A stretch of 62,761 nt of DNA, filler included, from Phoronis australis (GCA_002633005.1; 4 parts of 4 records of this genome joined end to end with filler, not necessarily neighbours in it); one strand, 5' to 3'. Numbered from the whole stretch's first letter, positions 39,507 to 53,206 are shown. Numbers and translations: made by a program. The notes: generated by a model not told the origin, from the sequence alone.

Positions 39507-42500
39507 TTATTCAAAGAAGCGCTGAGCGAATACTCTGGCGGCTAAATAACGGCTAGTGTCCCAAGCGTGTACTAATGAGATGGCTTCTATGTGGTCATTC
39601 AACAACACCATCTGTTCTTCAGTTAAGGGACTTTGAATAGTCTGTACAACCACACCTTCTTCATTGTTGTGTGGCGCAGGCGGTGTAGTAGGGTCGATAC
39701 CAAATTCTGAAACTCCAGCCTGTCAAGAAATAAATTAAGAAACTCTTACCAAAGCTGAATCTATTGGACGTAACAAAGACAACAGTCACAGTGTTTGTTA
39801 AGCTGACGCATATGCATCATCGTTAGCCGTAAGTGATCATTTATTTTTAAACTATTAAAGTGCAAACGTAGATGTGACTTGAACACTGGCAGATTGACAC
39901 CGTGAACGATGTCTTCAAGGAATTTGTGATGTCTAAAATGGCAACGAAAAATAAAATTGTTGCACTTTTTTGCAGTGCACGAAAAAAAACCCTACATTTT
40001 AGCTACAGAGCGCAAACGCATCTGCACCAATTAAAAATATAGGTCATGATGACTTTTATTCTCACCTCAGTCAACATTTCAAAGTACTCATTTGGAATCA
40101 AGTCGTTGACTTCTCTCATTCTGTGCAGACCACTGATGAATAGCTGAGTTGGGGATTTATTGTTTTCTGTTCGAATGCTGTGGTTGTTCCAAGACTCAGC
40201 GAAACAGGACAGCGCACGCTGAATGTTCTTCCCAAAACAATGATGTAAAAAAAAACAAATCGGTCTCGTCATCCGGACTCAATAAATCTTGTGACTCAAG
40301 CAACATGAAAGTATCGTAATATAGCGACGTAACGTTTTGCGTAACATCACGCCACAAACGCTCAATCCTAGAGTTGTGAACACTCTTGCCCGTAATGAAA
40401 CTTCCCCTTCCTGGACCTCTGTTTTGGTGGTTGAGCATGTAGTGGGCTACATCTCTATTCTCAACCCCTTTGTCCGCGCGCACTCGTGAAGGCAAACCCC
40501 ACCTTCTGGTTGCTTTGAGAAAGAGTTTAAGAACTGTACTGGACTTGTTGTTGCTGCTAACATTCAAGTAAAAAATAAGCCGTGAGAAGCCATCGATGGC
40601 GCCATGAATGACAAACTTCCACCTGCAAATATAAATAAGTTCACAACTTGTTAGCAATGCATAGTTTTGTCCAAATTTGCACACAAACATTCTACATACA
40701 CAGTTACAGAATTATTTGTCATTATTTTTGTACATTTTACAATCATTTGGATTTAAATGCTTTCGTTTTCCCAAGATCGATATATAAACGTAATTCACCT
40801 GATCAGCTTGTGATTGCCGTCAATATGAAGTAGGCTCAAAGGTGACTGGACGCTGTACACGCGCCGTCGTGTCGTACGGATTTTGCGGCAAATCACTCCC
40901 ACTGTGTCACATCTCCGCAAACAGTCTCTCAGACGATCGCGCTGAACTTTTAAACCCATTTCCTTGACAAGAATTCCTTGTATTATCTTGAAACCTAAAA
41001 AAGACAAATGCTTTAAGAGTATTTGTTCGTGATTATTGCTCAACTGCAACAAACAATTTTGTAATGCTCTTTCAGAAGCAATGACACAGGTGGCAACATA
41101 CCCCACCTCACCTGATGTTATTTAACAAGATTTTAATTAACATAAATAACCAGGCTCGTAATTGAAAATAAAATTATTTTACCGTTTTTTCAAATTTTGG
41201 AAAAATATTTAAAAACAAGTACAGCCCCAGAAATCGCTTTCGCATTATATCCAGGTTCTCATTCACTTGCACAGAATCACAAGTAATTATTTGACCATCA
41301 ATTCAGCTTTCTTGGTGTTAATATTCTTACGTCTATTTCATGTGTAATGTGTCAAATATCAATCTGAACCCAGTGGTGGATTTAGGGGTGGGACAAGGGG
41401 TCCATGCCCCCCTAAAATTCTCCCAGATTCCATTTGACAGTTCGGGGGTGCAAATGTCAGGAGGGCAAAATCCTGGCCAATACTATGGCCCTGGTTCCCC
41501 CTAACTCAAAATCCTGATTCCGCCCCTTGGACAAAGTTGAATTTTAAAATTAAAATATTTAATTCGTTCGTCCAAAGCATAACCTCGTTTTAGAGCTCAA
41601 TTTCAGTTAATTGCACAGAGCAAGCATAGTTATGATGTTTCTTCGGGGGCCTCGTTCATTCGAGGGGAAAGGTGCCTGTGCCTTCTGAGAGGCGACTTTT
41701 TCGTCGAGTGTGAGGAAAACCGTACCACCGGATCATCATCAATAGCAACCCCACCCTGTTGCAAGCTCTCATAGGCTGTGTCTGAAGTACATGTAGCATT
41801 TTTTGCTCTTTCAAATAGTCACCTGTTTGGATACATGTGGTTTGAACTACGGAGAGAACTTTACAATAACTAGGGGAATTTTTAGTCCTCGTGGGGGAAT
41901 TTCGGGGTATTTTTCAATATTTTTGAGAGGGGAATAGGGCCGATATTCGGCCCCAAAATCGATTGAGGGCCTTGTCCATTTTGGAAAGAAAATTGCATCA
42001 TCCTCCAACCCGTAGTCATGAAAGTACAGCGCCTGGCTAGCCGAAAATTCTCCGGTCGTTGCTATGGTGATCGGCAACCGAGATGCGACAAACTTTGGTG
42101 TAACTTTTCGAAAATATTCATAAATTTTACACGACCCAGATTTTGGGGCGTCAGCAGTACAGCTATGATACGCAAGACGTTCCAACCTGTTACATGAGTT
42201 TACTCAGGGGTGGAAATCAGAGTATCTTACATCTCTTCGCGAGTATCACAATATCAAATCTGGTTGCCAATCCGTGAACATAAGTTGTGGTGACATCGTT
42301 CTTATCAGTGACGAAAATACCCACGTGTCATGTGGTATGTGGGAAAAGTGGAAAAACTCAATCGCGGTAATGATGGACATGTGCGTTCTGTGGTTCTCAA
42401 AACGAAAAACGGACTAACCAGTAGACCCATTAAGAAACTACCCCTTGGAAACGTCAGCATAAACTGCACAATACGGACTCTATATAACTTACTCGATTGT

Positions 42501-43920
42501 GACTTATATATTTTGTTTACTATTCCTATTGTCTTGTTTCACATTTGTTTGCTGTTTTATTTCAGTATTGCCTTATTTTATGTTTGCCTGATTTATTTAT
42601 CGTTTCGATCATTTCCCGTTATTTTCACCATTTTTCGCGCCCGGGGAGAATATTGGAATGTGTTTATGACAGATTTTCATGGTTTATTAGCTTAGGTATT
42701 TCCTGTACATGTTCAGTTTAAAGTTATTATTGCTACCTCTTGACATATAATTACAAATCGTCCCAGCCCAAGCTAATCTTTCCCATTGGTTAGTTTTGTA
42801 TTTGGAGCACATTCTGATTGGTCGAACAGGTTCACTTGTATGTTATATGTTATATCTTAATACTATAACACCAGAAACTTTTAATGCATCATATCGAAAA
42901 AGTATTTTTCTCAACGAACCACCTCGGATTTTATCCTTGTACTATAAAAACCCACATCTTCCGAACCTCAACATCCCCAGGGATTATAAAACAGACATTT
43001 GAGAGTGCGTATTTTTTCTAGCCGTTCGAGCAACGCAGAATACAACCAGTATGCCGATAAGCCATCTGAGCTGTCGTAGCGAGCCTCGTTTTGGAACGCG
43101 ACTCCCGCACCAGGAGTTGGACAAACTACGTAACTTTTCAGTGATCCTGTTATGACTGAGGAATCTTCCTGTGAACACAAAACACGCAAATAACTTTTTT
43201 AACGTATTTGCCTTTTTGATTTTAATTGAGACACAGTCCGGTTTCCTGCGCCTGTATCATGCATGTTGTGCCCTAGTTAATAAGTAAAGTTGTGTTAGTC
43301 TCGAAATTCTTCTGTGATAAAAACGAAGTAAACTCTCAGAAAAAGGCAGTGTTTAAGTATATACTCTGAGTAGCAGAACATTTGAAACTACCTAACATAG
43401 TGGCACGTACCCATTTCATTCTTGGGCACCACAGCCTGATTGGAAAATGAAAAAGTGTTCTGTCGCACTGTTTTTTGAGGAGTTCTTAAGCAATCGCGTC
43501 ACTGTCTTTTTATGGCCCGTTCATACCAATAGCAGCAGCGACTACGGATTTCATAGGAATTTCAGGCGGTCTGGGATTAAACAAAATACTGCACCACGGC
43601 ATCATTTATAATAAAAGCGTTGGACGAGAACCAATTTGGACGAATTTTCAAAGGAAGTGAGGCAGTAATGCAACCAGGTACCGCATTACTGGGAGTCTAA
43701 ACACGACTCCCGTTTGGAACACCAGAGTTAGTAACTTAAAAGATTTAAGTTTTACCTGATCTTGGAAAATTGAATAGAATTCTGGTGACATGAGTATCCA
43801 GTTCCTCATCTGATATGTTAGAGTATTCGCTTCTGATGTTGAAGTGTCGCAATCGTCTCTTAACGGTGCTGACACTAACACCCATCATCTTAGAGATATC
43901 CAGAGCAGTGAAATTGTGCG
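39507..43920 (-). CDS. IS3-like (IS3EU) DDE transposase, spliced; 5' exon(s) probably in the gap; one apparent frameshift
   Basis: Exons 43920-43756 ([30 protein letters not shown]), 40994-40799 ([22 protein letters not shown]), 40622-40066 ([51 protein letters not shown]) and 39719-39507. A +1 shift falls in the A9 run at 40247-40255. Confidence 0.9.
41371..41530. mobile_element. Short hAT-like MITE in a transposase intron
   Basis: cagtggtggatttagg ... cctgattccgcccct; same terminal type as 13916 and 15705. TSD not clear. Confidence 0.55.
42133..43380 (+). mobile_element. BEL/Pao LTR retrotransposon 3' remnant (DUF5641-like C-terminus, PPT, 3' LTR)
   Basis: [23 protein letters not shown] / [23 protein letters not shown]...RPIKKL; polypurine ggggagaa at 42643-42650, then a putative LTR ~42651-43380 ending in ACA. 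Confidence 0.8.
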
Positions 43921-46429
43921 CTGTAAAATTACATACAATGTATGGCGGATGAGCTCTGCAAGTTATTTTAGAGTCAGACTGATCCACTATTTATGAAGTA
44001 CACTTCATTTNNNNNNNNNNNNNNNNNNNNNNNNNNNNNNNNNNNNNNNNNNNNNNNNNNNNNNNNNNNNNNNNNNNNNNNNNNNNNNNNNNNNNNNNNN
44101 NNNNNNNNNNNNNNNNNNNNNNNNNNNNNNNNNNNNNNNNNNNNNNNNNNNNNNNNNNNNNNNNNNNNNNNNNNNNNNNNNNNNNNNNNNNNNNNNNNNN
44201 NNNNNNNNNNNNNNNNNNNNNNNNNNNNNNNNNNNNNNNNNNNNNNNNNNNNNNNNNNNNNNNNNNNNNNNNNNNNNNNNNNNNNNNNNNNNNNNNNNNN
44301 NNNNNNNNNNNNNNNNNNNNNNNNNNNNNNNNNNNNNNNNNNNNNNNNNNNNNNNNNNNNNNNNNNNNNNNNNNNNNNNNNNNNNNNNNNNNNNNNNNNN
44401 NNNNNNNNNNNNNNNNNNNNNNNNNNNNNNNNNNNNNNNNNNNNNNNNNNNNNNNNNNNNNNNNNNNNNNNNNNNNNNNNNNNNNNNNNNNNNNNNNNNN
44501 NNNNNNNNNNNNNNNNNNNNNNNNNNNNNNNNNNNNNNNNNNNNNNNNNNNNNNNNNNNNNNNNNNNNNNNNNNNNNNNNNNNNNNNNNNNNNNNNNNNN
44601 NNNNNNNNNNNNNNNNNNNNNNNNNNNNNNNNNNNNNNNNNNNNNNNNNNNNNNNNNNNNNNNNNNNNNNNNNNNNNNNNNNNNNNNNNNNNNNNNNNNN
44701 NNNNNNNNNNNNNNNNNNNNNNNNNNNNNNNNNNNNNNNNNNNNNNNNNNNNNNNNNNNNNNNNNNNNNNNAAGTTGAGCCTACCAGGTTACTTGTCTGT
44801 TTGGTAACCTACTTAATCATTTGCCAACTTACTTGTTCGTTCAACAGTAGGCACTTGTTTATCCGACAGAATCTGCAAAGTTGTCTTGTCTGTTTGGAAA
44901 ACCATAGCATTCTTGACCTGTTTATTTGACGAATCACTTGTCTGTTTAGCAAACCACTTGTCTGTTTGTCAAACCACTTGTTTATTTGGCAGTGTTGTCT
45001 ATTTTGAACCTTTTCGCATAGATGTCATTACCAGCAATTCGTAAACTAGGTCATCCGCCAGGTTCTCTGCGAAAACTAGGTCATCGCTTATGGACCAGTT
45101 AGCTCTTCACTCTCCGCGTGTCCGCTACTGGAGAGAAGCACCAGAAAGGTTGTTCTACATTTTGTAGCCCAAAATTACCAAAGTTCAAATATATTCCGTT
45201 GAAAAGGAAAGACAAAACATACTATTACAGATGTCTGGCCAATCATGAGTCACTACTCGTAAGCAAATCAAAGCTGTCCTTACTCGTTGCCTTGTCTCGC
45301 ACTACCCGTCAATCGACTAACAGTTTTCAGTTCGCAATGCAACAATACAATTCTCATAAATTCAACTTGTAATGACCCCTTTCAATTTTAAACCATGCCC
45401 GAAGTACTCGGAAACAAATTATTGTTAGGTACAACGAGGTTTTTTCTCTGAAGTGGATCGTAAACACCTCAGGTGGCTGAGTTTTCCGCACATAGCTACT
45501 TTGGCCTAGAGCTGAATTCTTAGTCCCGCACTATAGGCCGGACCGGTCAAGGGCTAATCCCTGTTGTACGCACTACTTAAGCATTGGAATCAAATTGTTA
45601 TATACAGAGAAAACGTTTATTAGTATACTGGTGTGAATATTATCAGTGATTTAACCAAAAACTTCGAATTAACTAGACCCACTAATGATAGTCTATGACG
45701 ATAAACTGATATCAAAAGGCCAAAATTGGCAATTTTCGGCGACCCCATGTTAAATACAAAATTTTGTCTAATTTTCTTCAAAATCCTACATTTCAATCTT
45801 GATTATACTGACATCTGTTGGGTCTATCGGCAACTAACCGCACATGAAAGGCTTGGTCGAAAATTATCGTTTTCTCACATGCACTTTCGGGTTTTTAGCG
45901 GCGATTCCACTGATCGAAGCGACAAAATAAGCCAAAACTTTGGCCATACCATGTTAAACATAAAATTTTTTCCAATTTTGCTGAAACTTGGCCACGTTTT
46001 TAACAAAATACTTATCTATGTCATGTGCTATCGGCAAATGTGATTGATTCATAAATAAGACCCTCACGCTGTGTTTTCTGCGAATCCCATGTATTCTGAA
46101 GGGGGCTGAGTGATTTTCGCGCATGCGCAATTCACGGTTTCAATAATGCTGGTAATGGTACTTGCAAGAAGTTAGGATTGCCGTACTCGGTTGCACGTGG
46201 AGAATGCCGTGGTTTTAGCTGCAGCAATTTATTCTTAGTTGACAGAGATTAGTTGTGTAAATACTGGTTGATTGTGTATAGATTCACTAGCATTTACAAC
46301 TTACTGGAAGTGACACAGACAGTGTGGATAGATCACTGAATTAATTGCAGAGAGTTACTTTCAATACAGCACATTTTTTCAGGAGTCATCCTTCAGTCCA
46401 AGCAAACCGGATGTTTTTTACCCAAATAA

Positions 46430-47230
46430 GTTATTCGTTAAACCATCTTGAAAATGGTTGTCCTAATCATCAGGAGCCAGACAAAAATTATTGTAATGGA
46501 CGTGCTAACCTAAAAAACTCGGGATATGGCGTGTCTCTGGAATCTGAAGTTCTTACACGAAGCAACTAGTTGGTGGCCATCTTAGAAAATGGTGGAGGTA
46601 ATCAGAGCCAAACGCAATGAGTCTAAATATGGACTAGTCGACCCAGAAAACCTGTGATACAATGTTTGAAGCAAGACGCACTAATCTGTTTGTGCGATGT
46701 TGGGCGATTCGAAATAGTTTTGGAGGCCATCTTGGAAAATGGCTGATGGTGTCACCACAGCCATGCAAAACTTTTCCAGTGGATTTGTTGACCCACAAAA
46801 TATAGGTAACCTTTTTGAATTTTTACTCTATCACATTCCACTCTCGAGTTATAATGATCATCTGCAAATCTGGCGGCCATTTTGTCCGCCATCTTGGAAA
46901 TTGTGGAAGTAATCATTAGTGCCAAATGCATAGAGTCTCAAAGAATTAGTCGACCCAGAAAACCTATGATGCGACGTTTGAAGCAAGGCGACACACTAAT
47001 CTGTTCGTGCGAAGTTGTGCGACTCGACAAGTAGATTTGGCGGCCATCTTGGGAAATGGCGGACGGTGTCACCACAGCCATGCAAAACCATCTCCAATGG
47101 ATTTTTTGACCCACAAAACATAGGTAAACCTTTTTGAATTTTTATTCTATCATTATCCACTCTTGAGTTATAGTGAGCATCAGAAAATCTGGCGGCCATT
47201 TTGTCCGCCATCTTGAAAAACCAACTTCCG
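46430..47230. repeat. Tandem ~312-bp repeat rich in GCCATCTTG/AAAATGGC motifs (probable TE internal repeat)
   Basis: agtcgacccagaaaacct at ~46636 and ~46948; ggcggccattttgtccgccatcttg at ~46872 and ~47191. Confidence 0.8.
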
Positions 47231-50200
47231 CCACTCCGATTTCGGTAGACTTTTTTTCCCACTAAGGGGTGTGAAAGGATTTGATTTATGCAATAAAACC
47301 TTCTGTTGCAATTTTTTCCGGGTTATCCATAGAATGACTGGAATAACTGGGCGGGCTGTTGTTTTCAGTAGGTAAGCCTGCGCCACTGCGACTAACATCC
47401 GAAGTATTGTGCATTATTGTATGGGAGTGTTCCATTCACATATTACTTTAGTTATAGGGTTACTAAATGTGGCAATTACTGTCCACGCCTTTTTGGACTT
47501 TTGACTACTGCTGTGCCCCCTAGTGGTATTCTTAGTTTCTACGTTTGCCTTTCTGTCCATGGATTTTCATGAATTTTGGCAGTTTTGTAGAAGAGAGGAA
47601 GCCTTTCCTATTTCTTACGGGTTCGACGTATTCTGCGCCATGTAATGGTTACCTTTAAGATACCACAACACACCTTAAAGTACAGTTTACGGTGCAGTAG
47701 TGGGTGCATTTCAACCCTCCGCGTTGCTCTTTTCAACAATTTCGACTTCTGTTACTCTATAGCCGCTAGTTCAGTCAATAGCTCAGCCCTTGCCCTTGTT
47801 ATCAGCTCTGCACAGTTCACTGGAGGTATACAGCTCAGCTGTAGGCTGGTCTTTACAGACAGGTTAGCTATCAAACATATCTGTGCTGGTCCATAGTTAG
47901 CAGTACCATGAGCATCTAACAGAATCAACATATAAAGATTGAAAATGTTTATTTTCAAAATGTCCAACCAGAGGTTACAACACTCCTCTCAGATTAACTA
48001 CTTTAACTGCACAAATCAAGTCGTCAAACTGGAACAAGTGAATTTGGGAGTAAATACTAAAATGCAACGCAACCCAATACATGTAGGCGACAACTGAACA
48101 TATTCACAAAAATAGAATATATTTAAGTCAGGTAGTATATATAGGTATGTTTCTGTAAAAAACTGCATCACCCGTAAGCAAATGTGACATGGTAAAGTGT
48201 GCAAAGTGGATAACCCAAAAGGCTGCGAAATCCCCGATTGATTTTTTTAAACATTTTTCAGATTTTGCTATTTTTTTGTACATTTTCCTTTCCTATTTAT
48301 CCTTTTTTTGAATAATTTCCTTTTTTCTATTTTTAAACAATATACGCAGGTGTATGCTTACAAAATGTCGAGAGCACAAAGTCTCGTCTGCAAAAAGAAA
48401 GATGATGTGGCTTTTTAGCTGTTGATTTCTTTCAGGTTGGCTACCCTTGTCCCCAACTCCATGGCTCACTTGGTCTGCTCCTTGGCTTGATGGGCCTGCA
48501 AGACAGTCACAGCCTCTTCCACCTGCAAGCAACGATCAATGGATGAAAGCCCAACCAACATTCACAAAGAATTGAAAGATATCTGAGTAATAAGACAGAA
48601 CATATATGTATATATTATATTAATGACATTTACACTCAACAGCCTAACCAATAATGAATTTTCATATTGGCGTTCTCAAAAGTATTGAAAGCGAGAAAGC
48701 AACTTCTGCTTGATCCCAACTCAGATTCAGTGGGCCGAAGTTCAGTACTATACATAGTGGTTCATTAATTTTAACAATTTTAACACACTCATTGTCAGCC
48801 CTTTGTTTAGGTAAAGTTCACTAATTTATTTTAACGTTTTGACATCAGCTAGGATCACAATTCTCCTGCTTTACTAGCAGTCGCGGCTGCTCACTATGCA
48901 GCGGTGAAATTTTCTATGCAGTTGGAAATGTATGGGACACGATGTCCTTCATCCGTGGATATGTCAAGAGGTTTGCCATTTTCCAGAAGCCGTTAGTACA
49001 TACAATAGCATCAGTAAAAACTTGCCAGCCTNNNNNNNNNNNNNNNNNNNNNNNNNNNNNNNNNNNNNNNNNNNNTTAATTAATTAANNNNNNNNNNNNN
49101 NNNNNNNNNNNNNNNNNNNNNNNNNNNNNNNCATGCAGCTGTTTTCTGCACAAACGTTTGTGACACCTCTTCTTCTTTTTGATCTACTGATCTACAGAGT
49201 TCCACAGTCAATCAGCTTTCGTCAGGAAGCTTTCCTAAGCTTCTTTAGGCTCTGACATCACAATTTTGTGCTGTTTGATAAACCTTGAATTATACAGACA
49301 TCACATTCCATGGGAGCAGCCATATTGAAGTAACTAAGCACAACAATACAATCTGGCTCTCTGATTGGTCAATTCACTAGAAAAGCGCCATCAAGTGGCA
49401 GGAATATGCATCATATTTTGTGCAACAAAAACACCTTTTTTTAAAAAAATGTGCAAGTGTAGACGTGGGAACTTTTTGGAATTTGATTTTTAGTTATATT
49501 ATCTAGCCACATAGAAAAAACTAGGTTGCCCCCCCAAAGTACTCACAAGGGTGAACGCTATGAGATTTGGCCCACCGACTATGAGCTGGGAACGCGCCGT
49601 GGAGAAACTAGGCTGTCAAACCCAGGGGATTTATTAACTTGCCACTGGCCGTAACCCAAAGAATTAGAGAAATGACCCATGACAAAATCTTTCGTACCCC
49701 TGAATTCAAGCTCATGATATTATACGATTTTAGAGGAAAGCAATGTAAGAAATTTTGGTAACTTGAAAATCTCACCCAAGCGACCCTATTTGCGCAGAAA
49801 GTGATATTTTCTTATCCCAAAGTCCATTCGGTACAGACACGTAAAAGTGTTGAACAATTACTATGAAAGTAGTTCTTTATCCTCGTCGCCAATATTGTTG
49901 CATGTATGTAGACGGTAACGCGGTGATTTGATATAACACATACATTGGTTGATGATAATATTGGAATACTAACAAATAGGTCTGTGTAATATAGTTAGAG
50001 AGTCTTTTACTACACCGAGTAAAGAGTTCAGATGAATCGTATAAACAAACAGCACATGGTTTTAAGGTGTGGTCGGCACACCAGTACAGCAGACAATAGA
50101 TCGACACTAAGCTCCTCCCACTTGACAGCCAAGTTCGAAAAATTGATTAAGATTACGCTGTAAACAAACAGGTATGTCACATTTTCTAAGCATGAAGTAA

Positions 50201-50769
50201 ATATCAGCTTTATTTCTAGTACTTCAACAAAAATTGGAATATAATGACCACGCATTCTGAACGAAATGTGATCTCAAGTGGCAATCGATGACCGCTTAAC
50301 TTAAACGCCGTTTTTCTCGGCTCCTGATTTCAGGATAGTGACAAGATTCTCGGAACTATTTTTCCGCAACACGTGGGTCAATTTTTACGAATTTTGCAAA
50401 TTTGAAATCCTCTAGGACTGAAGTAAAATCGCGTGTCAGGGTTTTTTGATACATGGACCAGATTTTTAGACGGAAAGTGACCAAATGACAAAAAGTGGCG
50501 TGCTTGTCCCAACTCATACGCAAAAAATGCCGCAAAATCAAGATCATAATGATTTTGTACATATATTTGGTATGGATAAGTAGAATATTGCGTAAGGAAA
50601 CAGTTGATGATAATCCCTGTGCATTTTGAAAAAAAATTCGATGTGAAATTGGATTTTTTGAAAATTAAAAAATGCGATTTTTAAAAAAAACGAACTACAA
50701 AAAACTTTTTTTTCGATTTTTGTCACTTTCAAAGTCAAGTCTATCTAGTTAAAACTCTCTTTTTACTCG

Positions 50770-51600
50770 TGTTAGTTAGGAACCTGGAGATTTGATCAGT
50801 GTATACACCTACCTTAACAAGATAGTGTGGTCGACGGTGTCAAATGCCTTCTTTAGACCAATAAAAACAGCATCAGTCAATAATCCTTGATACATATTGT
50901 ATAAACATGGTCAGTGTTAGTTTTTAGTGCTGAATGGAGTGGTCGGAAACTAGACTGGGCATCAGACAAGAGGTTGTTAGTTTGGAAGTAAGAATGAAGC
51001 TGTTTGTGGACCCATTTTTCAAGGGTTTTTGGTATAGATGGCAGGATTGGAATGGTTCTGAAACTTTCACAGTATGATTTGTCACCGTCTTTGAAAAATG
51101 GAGTAACAACGGACAATTTCCACTCTGGTGGTATGGTTGATGTTTTCAATGATAAATTGATCAGTGAAGTAATAGGCTGAAAGATTGTTTCAGCAGATAT
51201 TTTAAGGGTTTTAGTACTTATGCCATCAATTCTAGTAGCAGAATTGCCATCCATTGATTTAAGTTGCTGGCAAACAAACTTAGCGTCAACCTCATTGAAT
51301 TTAAAAGTTATATCTTCGCTGACCTGGGGTGCAAATAAATGACTAGTGTTTCCAGATTTTCGGGCTAGGTTATAGCCAATATTCGTGAAAAAGTCATTAA
51401 AGGTATTAGCCATGACTGCGTTACCAGATGTCATGCCGTCATCCGTATTCAGTTCAGCGATATTAGTATTTGGTTTCCCTGGCAAAACAGACTTTATAAT
51501 TTTCCATAAAGATTTACCATCTGATTTGTTGTGATTAATTAATGTATTATAATAATCTGCCTTGTCCTGTTTTGCTGGCTTATTTTTTAGATGATGCACT
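50770..51600 (-). mobile_element. CR1-group (L2/Crack/Daphne-like) LINE reverse transcriptase fragment
   Basis: KSLWKIIK, ANTFNDFFTNIG, WKLSVVTPFFKDGDK, FRTIPILP, QSSFRPLHS; continues after a shift as VFIGLKKAFDTVDH. Confidence 0.85.
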
Positions 51601-51656
51601 GTTTTGAATTTGTTTTAGTCACAAGTATTACGCGAACGTTGAGCAATACGTTTAAG

Positions 51657-53206
51657 ACTAGAAAGATTAATGTCACGGCGTGACAATAACGGACTCTGCG
51701 CGTGCGTATTACTGGAATAATTTGGGGAAGTTACTGACAGCAACCCGTTTACCAATATGAAAAGAAATTCTTTAAAATTGTAGGAGAAATTACATATTAA
51801 ATTTTTGATGACCTTTCCACTAATTGACCTCTTCCGGTGCATTATGAGCCCCGATGAGGGAATAATTGTTAACTCGATTGAAAGTGTGGTTAATGCTAAT
51901 AATCACAGATATTTTACTTTAAGCACTTCAGAATACAAGATGAATGAAGTGGTCAAACTTTCAGATGAAAAATGCACCAAATGACCCCATGGGTGCACCA
52001 AATGACCTGAAAATTTAGAATTCAAACTCAATCGCACTTAGTAAACAGACACTTAATTCTGAAGTCTCTAGCTCAAAATTTTAGTTTGCACTCAATGACC
52101 TTTGACCTATTTTTTCTGATTGATTAGGCCTAATTCGAAGTAAAGTAGGGTATTCAATTGGTATGTTGACTTACACCAGTGTGCTGAAATTGAAAAGAAT
52201 TCCTTGAAAAACGTAAGAGATATAACATTTTGAACGTTACATGATCTTTGCACTAATGGACCATATCCGGTGCATTTTAAGCATCTTTAGGATAATTATT
52301 GCAAAGCCCATGGAAAATGTGTTTAACGCTGAGAATCACAGTTGTCTAACGGTTGACACATCAGAATACTTGCTGATTGAAAAGGTCAAATTTTCATAAG
52401 AAAAATGCACCTAATGACCCAATGTTTGCACTAAATGACCTGAAACTTTGGATTCCGATTTGATTTTCCTGTGGCAATCAGACCTGTCAATTTGAAGTGT
52501 CTAGCTTAAAATTTTAGTTTGCATCTAATGACCTTTGACCTATTTCACCTGATTGGATGACCCGATTACTTAGAAAAGTGATTTTTTGAAATGTCGAGTT
52601 GACTTATACCTGTACACCAAACTTGAAAAAGATAGCTTTAAAACTGAAGGAGGAGTAGCATTTTGAAAATTATATGACCTTTGCACCAAACGACCTCTTC
52701 CGGTGCAATATGGAATATGATTTTAGAACCAATTAAAATTTATATACTGTCAAAAGTCATATGCTGAATTTAAAGACCGTACCTGCACCCAATTTGGAGT
52801 TATTAAGCCTCGAATTTGGTCGAAGAAGAATAAGAAGAACTAGAAAGATTATTGTCACGGCGTGACAATAACGGACTCTGCGCGTGCGTATTACTGGAAT
52901 TATTATGGGAAGTTACTGACAGCAACCCGTTTACCAATATGAAAAGGAATTCTTTAAAATTGTAGGAGAAATTACATATTAATTTTTTGATGACCTTTCC
53001 ACTAATTGACCTCTTCTGGTGCATTATGAGCCCCGATGAGGGAGTAATTGTTAACTCGATTAAAAGTGTGGTTAATGCTGATAATCACAGATGTTTTACT
53101 TTAAGCACTTCAGAATACAAGATGAATGAAGTGGTCAAACTTTCAGAAGAAAAATGCACCTACTGACCCCATGGGTGCACCAAATGACCTGAAAATTTAG
53201 AATTCA
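51657..53206 (+). repeat. Tandem ~1.18-kb unit resembling a Helentron-derived non-autonomous element
   Basis: Units start actagaaagatt at 51657 and 52839, with a hairpin ttattgtcacg-g-cgtgacaataa, internal ~430-bp subrepeats containing tgacctttgacc, and a GAA microsatellite at the junction. Confidence 0.55.

Larger units (their letters stand above)
26696..45020. mobile_element. IS3EU-like DNA transposon (~18.3 kb) carrying a transposase and a HECT E3 ligase gene
   Basis: Perfect 42-bp inverted repeat at 26704-26745 and 44976-45017 (gcgaaaaggttcaaaatagacaacactgccaaataaacaagt), TAT..ATA outer ends, and aacagaca(g/a)gt subterminal repeats at both ends. It encloses two convergent genes. No TSD found; two N-gaps inside. 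Confidence 0.85.

Noticed and set aside
39507-43920. Bacterial IS3 contamination or recent horizontal transfer
   Set aside because: The gene has spliceosomal GT-AG introns with nested animal TEs.
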